Shown here: one piece after another, positions 56,621 to 64,000 of the stretch
How the letters are laid out: each line of letters begins with the position of its first letter
How positions within the stretch are numbered: position 1 is the stretch's first letter
The notes under the pieces: generated by a model
The model's input: the letters and a program-made list of their open reading frames with translations, nothing else
What the model was told of the DNA's origin: nothing
Databases searched by the model: none
Source of the DNA: Octopus sinensis
Taxonomy: Eukaryota
Assembly (NCBI RefSeq): GCF_006345805.1
Contig: NC_042998.1
Location: 23,622,001 to 23,686,000, forward strand
Direction of reading: 5' to 3'
DNA length: 64,000 bases
Made by a program: the position numbers and the translations under genes

Positions 56621-59147
56621 AATATATATATTATGTATATATATATATATATATACATACATATATAAAGCAAATAAGTAACAAGGATTTCCAGGTATCA
56701 GTGCATTATGGCTGCTTGAAGTGGCTCTATTTAATGGATCAATGAAAACATTACATCAATTTGAAATAAACCACTCCCCTCAGATACAGACGACCATATA
56801 CATTTCCAACATAAAGGATAAACCATTATTTTTTAGCAAATTTTCATCAGTACAGGAGACTAAAATGATTGCAATGTTTCCTTTTGCTATTTTTGTGGTA
56901 CCTCAATTTAAGCACCTAATTTAACTGAATCTTAACATATAATATGGTGGTGGAACAATACTGTAGACAGGGCCATTAGAGCAAAGAAACAGACCCGGAA
57001 GAGTGGGGGGTAGCAGGAGACTGTATCAGATAGCCAGAAGGGAAGCTAGGAGACAGGTATATATAGGCGGTGAGCTGGTAGAATCATTAGCACGACGGGC
57101 GAAATGCTTAGTAGCATTTCGTCTGCCGCTACGTTATGAGTTCAAATTTCGCTGAGGTCCACTTTGCCTTTCATCCTTTCGGGGTCGATTAAATAAGTAC
57201 CAGTTACGCATTGGGGTCGATATAATCGACTTAATCCGTGTGTCTGTCCTTGTTTGTCCCCTCTGTGTATAGCCCCTTGTGGGCAGTAAAGAAATAGGTA
57301 TATATAGCCAAGGGAGTAGCAGAAAAGAAGTTTGACAATGTTCAGCGACATGAGGACCAAAGAACTGAAGTATTTCGGATTGCAAGACGGTGTGTGAGAG
57401 AAAACCGTGATATCACAGGAGAGAAATGTGTCAACATGGATGATGGTGGCTTTGCGCTTAATGATTCTGCAAAGAAAGAGGCTTGGAGATGCCATTATGA
57501 AAGACTGCTGAAGGTGGAGAATGAATGGGAGAAGGAGCGTCTGTCAAAGGTTGACCCAATTGATGGACCAGCAACCCGAACTGACAGTACCCTGGTAGAT
57601 AAAGCAATTAGGGATACGAAGACAGGGAAAGCACCTGGCCCATCGGGAATCACCACTGAGATGCTTAAAATATTGGGCAGTGTGGGTTATGGTCTTGTCA
57701 CCCACATTGTAAATCAAGTAACTCATGAAGGGGTCATACCCAATGACTGGTGTACTACAAAGGTAAAGGTGATGTCTTAGATAGAAATAACTACAGGGGT
57801 ATCAAAATTTTGGATCAGGTGATGAAAGTTTCAGACAGGGTCATAGCCCAACTAATTAGAGAGAGGGTTAGCCTAGATGAGATGCAATTTGGTTTTGTGC
57901 CAGGCAAAAGAACCACTGATGCTATACTTCTGGTAAGGCAACTGCAGGAGAAATATCTAGCCAAAGATAAACCTCTGCATGTGGCTTTTGTTGACTTGGT
58001 GAATGCCTTTGACAGGGTCCCCCGATCCCTTATCTGGTGGTCAATGCAGAAACTGGGGATAGATGAGTGGTTGGTAAGAGCTGTATGAACCCTGTACAGG
58101 GATGCTGTCAGTAAGGTGAGGGTTGGCAACGAGTGTAGTGAAGAATTCCGGGTAGAAGTAGGGGTTCACCAAGGATCAGTCCTCAGCTCCCTCTTATTTA
58201 TCATAGTCCTAGAGACAACAACAGAGGAATTCAAGACAGGTTGACCCTGGGAGCTCCTTTATGCTGATGACTTTGCTCGAATAGCCAAGTCACTACCAGA
58301 ACTAGAGTTTAGAGTGTGGAAGCAAAATCTAGAATCGAAGGGCCTTAGGGTTAACCTAGCAAAAACCAAAGTTTTAATAAGTAGGAAGGCTGACAGATCA
58401 CAAACCCCTTCACAAACACAACCGATCATGTCCTGAATATAAATCTGCTTTTCAACTCCAGAGAACTTTTGACACGTGGCCCCCTTGAACCCCGTTCCAG
58501 ACCCCTACATAGACAACATATATAAGAACAGATGCAATGAGAAAATATCAAACATGCCCTTAACTAGGCACAGACTATGAGGACAAATTATTCTAATTTC
58601 TAATTTTTTCTTATTGCCTAATCCTTGGCTCTACATTTTTAATATTTGATAAGATGGACATACCAATAGGAACCGGTGATATTTTATAAAAGCCAATTAA
58701 TGTAACATATATAAAATATACTTATCCTGTCTGATTAAAAGAAGAAATAAAATAAAAGTAATTACAAAAAAAAAAGGCAAAAAGAAATCTTCAAACATAT
58801 GTCTGTACTATTTTCACGTTTAGTTTTTACATGGTACAACCTGTGTCTGTTTCTGGTGCCTTCTAGACTCATACAGGAGTATGAAAGGCTAAGGGAGTAA
58901 ACCCAAACAAAAAATCCGGAGTGAGGGTCCCTAAGGCAGATGATGGGGAGGAATGATCCAAACTATCTTCTAGTAGCCCCTGCAACTTTGCTGGTTCCAA
59001 ATATATTGACCTTGTCTCTCCTTTGGAGTAAATCAGTGAAGCCGAGAGGGGGATTGTGCAAATTGGGTGAGGCACGTTCTCCATACATTCAGAGCCCAGG
59101 CATTTAGCTTAGCCAAGGACTTAGAATTTCTGGGAGGATGCTGCAAA

Positions 59148-59229
<82 letters not shown>

Positions 59230-60196
59230 AAAGCTGCAAAAAAGAGAGCCCCTGATATGTTTGATTAAGTGACCACTAAGCTAAATTGACGTCTGCATAG
59301 ACAAAAAGGGCCAATTATATGTGTATGTATTTATATATATGTGTATACATACACAAACAAAGACACATCATCATCATCATCATCGGAAAGCGGACGTTAA
59401 ACAATGATGATGATGATGATGATGTGTCTTTGTTTGTGTATGTATACATGGATATAAATATAAATATGTGTTTACATATTCTTTTATTCTTTTATTTTTT
59501 TGGTCATTTGACTGCAGCCATGCATATATCCATGCATGCATACATGTATGTATGTATGTATGCATGTATGTGTGTATATATATATATATATAAAACCTGT
59601 AGACTTTGTTTGAAAGAAGCCATAAATATATTAAGAACAGAAAAAAAAAAACATTGCTGAATAAGATATCCGGGGTTTTGATCTCATGTCGGCACAAGTT
59701 GCTATCAGCTTTCAAATTTTTTAGAAAATAAAAAAAAAATTGAAGAAAAAATTTTTTTTTTTAATAAAAAGTATTAAAATGCTAACTGCATCCCCTGATA
59801 TAGATCTCCACTCATCCTTATTAAGGCATATAATTTAGTATAGGTATAAACATAATCTTGTATTCCCAGTAACCTTAAGACATGAAGATTTATTTTATAC
59901 ACACCAAACAACAAGGAATTTTCATTCTTATTTTTGACTTTATACTCATTTACAACTCTTTCGCCTTTTCTATATTTATTACCAAGATCATACAGTTGTC
60001 GTGTAAAAAACTCTTTTTGAAAAAAACTTTAACTTTTTAAAAAACTAAACTTTAAAAAATTCTATCTCTGATGAAAGAACAAGCTTTTGCTTTGTGTATT
60101 CTTTGAAATGATTCTAAGATATCTCACTCAGTGGTGGACTGGCCAGATTGCCATCTTACCCGACGGCAAGTGAGCCCCTGTGCTATTAGAATCCAT
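37843..60196 (-). CDS. ENTPD1-like: Ectonucleoside triphosphate diphosphohydrolase (CD39-like E-NTPDase, GDA1/CD39 family), 11 coding exons, ~533 aa
   Basis: Joined exons 60196-60160, 55740-55610, 55005-54888, 52285-52135, 51410-51239, 49661-49422, 45961-45845, 45025-44873, 41881-41762, 41552-41418, 38070-37843 give a 1602-nt open frame with GT-AG introns. ACR1 DAGSSHT, ACR2 GATAGMR, ACR3 NGSEEG...W, ACR4 [11 protein letters not shown]5 GWTLG; N- and C-terminal TM helices. Exact ortholog within ENTPD1/2/3/8 not resolvable here. Confidence 0.93.
39934..40692 (+). mobile_element. Non-autonomous mariner derivative with 3' end replaced by an inverted 5' end
   Basis: TIR-like ends (catgaggtttgatcaataagtatt and its inverse at 40669-40692); N-terminal transposase [10 protein letters not shown]...AKFLPKLL; inverted [15 protein letters not shown] segment. 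Confidence 0.8.
41418..41552 (-). CDS. ENTPD1-like: Exon 10 ([45 protein letters not shown])
   Basis: acttgcag acceptor, GTCAGT donor, 135 nt, CF...Y....L..GY.F...W motif. Confidence 0.92.
41762..41881 (-). CDS. ENTPD1-like: Exon 9 ([40 protein letters not shown])
   Basis: aatttcag acceptor, GTAAGC donor, 120 nt, AFS.YYY and C..SW motifs. Confidence 0.92.
41985..42154. repeat. Perfect 80-bp inverted repeat with 10-nt loop
   Basis: 41985-42064 is the exact reverse complement of 42075-42154. Confidence 0.95.
42325..42752 (-). mobile_element. Family B SINE (intron 8)
   Basis: Full-length copy; an opposite-orientation copy lies at ~44136-44542 in the same intron. Confidence 0.85.
44873..45025 (-). 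CDS. ENTPD1-like: Exon 8 ([51 protein letters not shown])
   Basis: ttttgcag acceptor, GTAAGT donor, 153 nt, GTG..C and C...CSF motifs. Confidence 0.92.
45845..45961 (-). CDS. ENTPD1-like: Exon 7 ([39 protein letters not shown])
   Basis: tttttccag acceptor, GTAGGA donor, 117 nt, NPC and PCT cysteine motifs. Confidence 0.9.
47247..47965 (+). mobile_element. Family B SINE interrupted by an RTE-tail element (~47445-47755)
   Basis: SINE 5' half, inserted element ending (ATG)n, then SINE 3' half. Confidence 0.8.
48925..49306 (-). mobile_element. Family B SINE (intron 6)
   Basis: Full-length low-divergence copy. Confidence 0.85.
49422..49661 (-). CDS. ENTPD1-like: Exon 6: ACR4 ([32 protein letters not shown]...[21 protein letters not shown])
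   Basis: ctcttgtag acceptor, GTAAGT donor, 240 nt phase 0-0, DMGGASTQ and SYLCYG motifs. Confidence 0.95.
51239..51410 (-). CDS. ENTPD1-like: Exon 5: ACR3 ([57 protein letters not shown])
   Basis: gttttcag acceptor, GTAAGT donor, 172 nt, catalytic Glu motif GSEEG and WITANY. Confidence 0.95.
52135..52285 (-). CDS. ENTPD1-like: Exon 4: ACR2 ([49 protein letters not shown])
   Basis: ctcttcag acceptor, GTAAGT donor, 151 nt, ATAGMR motif. Confidence 0.95.
52848..53431. mobile_element. Foldback element with 130-bp arms (~91% identity)
   Basis: 52848-52977 vs 53302-53431. Confidence 0.8.
53463..53687. repeat. 101-bp inverted repeat (1 mismatch) with 23-nt loop
   Basis: 53463-53563 vs 53587-53687. 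Confidence 0.95.
54888..55005 (-). CDS. ENTPD1-like: Exon 3: ACR1 ([39 protein letters not shown])
   Basis: tttcag acceptor, GTAAGT donor, 118 nt, DAGSSHT motif. Confidence 0.95.
55610..55740 (-). CDS. ENTPD1-like: Exon 2: cytoplasmic N-terminus and TM1 ([43 protein letters not shown])
   Basis: Pyrimidine tract + AG at 55742-55741, donor GTAAGT at 55609, hydrophobic helix; in-frame ATG at 55738. Confidence 0.9.
56225..56562 (-). mobile_element. tRNA-derived SINE, family C
   Basis: Head ggctcagtggttagagcg...gagctcgaatcccgg followed by gagcaaggcacttt central domain; truncated copy at ~39772-39922 (+). Confidence 0.75.
57300..58410 (+). pseudogene. RTE-clade LINE reverse transcriptase fragment (intron 1, antisense to the gene)
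   Basis: [14 protein letters not shown]...[40 protein letters not shown]; frameshift near 57760 and in-frame stops. Confidence 0.92.
58800..59145 (-). pseudogene. Possible decayed L1/Tx1-like ORF2 C-terminal fragment
   Basis: [12 protein letters not shown]...[10 protein letters not shown] loosely resembles the zinc-knuckle region; weak. Confidence 0.3.
60160..60196 (-). CDS. ENTPD1-like: Candidate coding exon 1 ([12 protein letters not shown]+G), inside an 80-nt exon 60239-60160
   Basis: Acceptor ttaatgcattcttccag, donor CGG|GTAAGA. Ends in phase 1, which exon 2 needs (G+AT=Asp), and matches the short phase-1 first coding exon of vertebrate ENTPD1. No homology support for the peptide itself. 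Confidence 0.65.
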
Positions 60197-60546
60197 ATAT
60201 GGGGACCCATGTTAAGATTGATAATTTTTTTATTCACCCCTGGAAGAATGCATTAATTATTTCAGCCTGGCTGTGATTGTAGACAGTTGAAAAGAATACT
60301 TCTAACAAAAAGATAAATAAATAAAATAAATGATAGCATTGTTGTTGTGGGTGGGTCCCTTTAGTTTCCTGGCCCCCAATATTTTTAGACACAGTCTGCC
60401 ACTGATCTCACTTCATTACATTTTTATTTCATTCGAGGATAATTTTAAATCATTTTACCCTATTTAATTTTACTTCCCATGAGGATGATTGTAAATCTTT
60501 TAAACATCTCACCAACTCGTGATTATAATAAAAAATATATAACATA

Positions 60547-61358
60547 TAGGCGCAGGAGTGGCTGTGTGGTAAGTAGCTTGCTAACCAACCACATGGCTCC
60601 GGGTTCAGTCCCACTGCGTGGCATCTTGGGCAAGTGTCTTCTGCTATAGCCCCGGGCTGACCAATGCCTTGTGAGTGGATTTGGTAGACGGAAACTGAAA
60701 GAAGCCTGTCGTATATATGTATATATATATATGTGTGTGTGTTTGTCCCCCTAGCATTGCTTGACAACCGATGCTGGTGTGTTTACGTCCCCGCCACTTA
60801 GCGGTTCGGCACAAGAGACCGGTAGAATAAGTACTGGGCTTACAAAGAATAAGTCCCGGGGTCGATTTACTCGACTAAAGGCGGTGCTCCAGCATGGCCG
60901 CAGTCAAATGACTGAAACAAGTAAAAGATAAAAAGAAAGAAGATATATAAAATATATAATAAAAAATATATAGGCGCAGGAGCGGCTGTGTGGTAAGTAG
61001 CTTGCTTACCAACCACATGGTTCTGGGTTCAGTCCCACTGTGTGGCAATTTTGGCATGTGTCTTCTACTATAGCCTCGGGCTGACCAAAGCCTTGTGAGA
61101 GGATTTGGTAGACGGAAACTGAAAGAAGCCCATCGTAAATATATATATACATATGCGTGTGTGTGTGTGTTTGTGTGTCTGTGTTTGTTCCCCCAACATT
61201 GCTGGTGTGTTTATGTCCCTGTCAATTAGCGGTTCGGCAAAAGAGACCGATAGAATAAGTACAAGGCTTACAAAGAATAAGTCCTGGGGTTGATTTGCTC
61301 GACTAAAGGTGGTGCTCCAGCATGGCCACAGTCAAATGACTGAAACAAGTAAAAGAGT
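60547..61358 (+). mobile_element. Two head-to-tail family B SINEs of different subfamilies
   Basis: ~60547-60930 and ~60973-61358; 18-bp direct repeat at 60524-60541 and 60955-60972. Confidence 0.85.
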
Positions 61359-61504
61359 ATTTATATATATCTTTATATTTCCAATTTGAATATGATAAAT
61401 TAATCTGTCTTCCCTCCCTCCTTGAACTTTGATATTCACTCAATAACTTGAACTGTTCTGTGTTATTTCATTATTTATATATATATATATATACTCTTTA
61501 CTCT

Positions 61505-62842
61505 TACCCCTGCTGGTGACAAAAGGCCTCTCGCTCAAAGTAAAAGGCAGACTGTATGATGCATGTGTACGTACAGCCATGCTACATGGTAGTGAAACTT
61601 GGGCTGTGACTGCTGAGGATTTGCGTAAGCTCGCAAGAAATGAAGCTAGTATGCTCCGATGGATGTGTAACGTCAGTGTTCATAATCGACAGAGTGTAAG
61701 CACCTTGAGAGAAAAGTTGAACCTAAGAAGCATCAGTTGTTGTGTGCAAGAGAGACGTATGCGCTGGTATGGTCATGTGATGAGAATGGCTGAAGATAGT
61801 TGATGCGAAAGTGCCACACCCTGGCAGTGAGGGGACCTGTGGAAGAGGTAGACCCAGGAAAACCTGGGTCGAGGCGGTGAAGCACGACCTTCGAACTTTA
61901 GGTCTCACCAAGGAAATGACCAGTGACCAAGACCTTTGGAGGTATGCTGTGCGTGAGAAAACCCGGCAAGACCAGTGAGAACAGTCAAAATCAAGATCAA
62001 ACCAAATTGAGGTCGATCAACATCAGGGCCCCCGTGCAGGTGACACGTAAAAGCACCATCCGTTCGTAGCCGTTTGCCAGCCCAGTCTGGCCCCCGTGTC
62101 GGTGGCACGTAAAAGCACCATCCGTTTGTGTTCGTTGCCAGCCTGGCCTGACCCCCATGCCGGTGACACGTAAAAGCACCATCCGTTTGTGGCCGTTTGC
62201 CAGCTCTGTCTGGCCCCCGTGCCGGTGACACGTAAAAGCACCATCCGTTCGTGGCCGTTTGCCAGCTCTGTTTGGCCCCCGTGCCGGTGACACATAAAAG
62301 CACCATCCGTTCGTGGCCGTTTGCCAGCCCTGTCTGGCCCCCATGTCGGTGACATGTAAAAGCACCATCCGTTCGTGGCCGTTTGCCAGCCCTGTCTGGC
62401 CCCCATGTCGGTGACATGTAAAAGCACCATCCGTTCGTGTCCGTTGCCAGCCTCGCCTGGCCCCCGTGCCGGTGACACGTAAAAGCACCATCCGTTTCGT
62501 GGCCGTTTGCCAGCTCTGTCTGGCCCCCGTGTTGGTGGCACGTAAAAGCACCATCCGTTCGTGTTCGTTGCCAGCCTCGCCTGGCCCCGTGCCGGTGACA
62601 TGTAAAAGCACCATCCGTCCATGGCCGTTTGCCAGCTCTGTCTGGCACCTGTGCGGGTGGCACGTAAAAAGCACCCACTACACTCACGGAGTGGTTGGCG
62701 TTAGGAAGGGCATCCAGCCGTAGAAACACTGCCAGATCTGACTGGGCCTGATGAAGCCTTCCAGCTTCACAGACCCCAGTTGAACCGTCCAACCCATGCT
62801 AGCATGGAGAACGGACGCTAAATGATGATGATGATGATGATG
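61505..62842 (+). mobile_element. 5'-truncated RTE LINE: ORF2 C-terminus, minisatellite 3'UTR, (ATG)n tail
   Basis: KGRLYDACVRTAMLHGSETW...RRMRWYGHVMRM...GRGRPRKTW; tail aacccatgctagcatggagaacggacgctaaatgatgatg. Confidence 0.92.
62029..62676 (+). repeat. ~61-62-bp minisatellite, 11 units, in the RTE 3'UTR
   Basis: 11 occurrences of (g)taaaagcacc spaced ~61-62 bp. Confidence 0.9.
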
Positions 62843-62876
<34 letters not shown>

Positions 62877-63038
62877 CACACAAACACACATATATATAGA
62901 TATATATATTTCCAAAAAAGGAAAAGAAATGGCTTTTCTGGTAATTTAGTGTTTATTCCCTACTTAAATAGGGAGTGTTTAATTACACGAATGCATATAT
63001 ATACAAATGCTAACACCTACACATACATACAAGCGCAC

Positions 63039-63071
<33 letters not shown>

Positions 63072-63372
63072 ATATCCATTCATAAGCACATAGAGATGCA
63101 AACACCCATATATATATATACACACACATATACATATACACACATCCACACATACACCAACACACACACAAGAACATGGGATCTTGCACATACATACATG
63201 CTGAGAAACCCTGACACACATACACAAATATTCATTCACATATATTCATACATATATACATATACACACATACACATGTGTATAATAAAAAGAAGGAAAA
63301 GAAAAGGAAAAAAGGAAGAGAGGGAAAGAGAATTAAGTGGATCAAGAATAAAGAAATGGAAATATTTTGATA

Positions 63373-63423
<51 letters not shown>

Positions 63424-63641
63424 TCATAAACATATATATATATATATATAGTAGAAAGAATAGCCAAAACTTTTTGACTGCTATTTCTAAATTCGGTATG
63501 TGGTGAGGCAAATCGTTGCTGAACCCTTAATCACTTAGTATTACTTAAACCTTCCTTGAATGGGTCTTTTACATGCCGAACTCTACTCGGTGAAATTAAT
63601 GATTATTTCTAAATTAATTAATTAATCTCACCCTTTATTAT

Positions 63642-63686
<45 letters not shown>

Positions 63687-64000
63687 TAAACATATATATA
63701 TATAAATATTTTATAAAAGAAACTTTTGTTATATTCATTTCTGTTTCTGAGAAACAGGAGTGGACTGAACTGTAGATCAATTGGACACTGCCTGAGGGCC
63801 CGGAGCTCTGAGGAGCCCGCACTCTACATGTTAACTCTAATAAAACACACATTCAAAGGAGCCAAGTAAACAGTTATGCCCGAGGGCCCTTAATATTCTC
63901 AGTCCATTCCTCCTGAGAAAAAAGAAAAAAAAGCAAGAGCGAGAGAAAAAAACACTATTTTATATATATTTCTTTGCTGCCCACGGGGGGGCTAAACGCG

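Noticed and set aside
62029-62676. CRISPR-like regularly spaced repeats (also 36825-37125)
   Set aside because: Inter-repeat sequence is itself repeated, so there are no unique spacers; eukaryotic retroelement context; no cas genes.
61905-62792. 295-, 225- and 199-aa ORFs in all three minus frames
   Set aside because: Antisense read-through of the stop-free 61-62-bp minisatellite in the RTE 3'UTR; no domain content.
57300-62842. The two plus-strand RTE fragments as one interrupted element
   Set aside because: A stretch of ORF2 between them is missing and their decay levels differ; independent insertions are simpler.

Overview
AT-rich, microsatellite-dense animal genomic DNA with one 100-N scaffold gap (3568-3667). 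The SINE and LINE families resemble those of octopus (inference; not database-checked). One protein-coding gene is well supported: a minus-strand cell-surface E-NTPDase (CD39 / ENTPD1-2-3-8 clade). I reconstructed 11 coding exons by hand from 60196 to 37843 (533 aa; 520 aa from the second Met). All introns are GT-AG, phases are consistent, all five apyrase conserved regions are intact and both TM helices are present. The rest is tRNA-derived and CORE-type SINEs, RTE LINE fragments, two mariner remnants, foldback/palindromic insertions, mini- and microsatellites, and a ~1.76-kb tandem duplication. No second gene could be assembled in 1-37 kb. Main observations: (i) a 123/125-bp inverted repeat flanking the in-frame ACR4 exon; (ii) paired loss of the first conserved NTPDase disulfide; (iii) an out-of-frame upstream ORF whose stop overlaps the second Met; (iv) a tandem duplication with a chimeric junction repeat that maps the crossover to 30 bp; (v) locally templated patches at retroelement junctions; (vi) several long near-perfect intronic hairpins.
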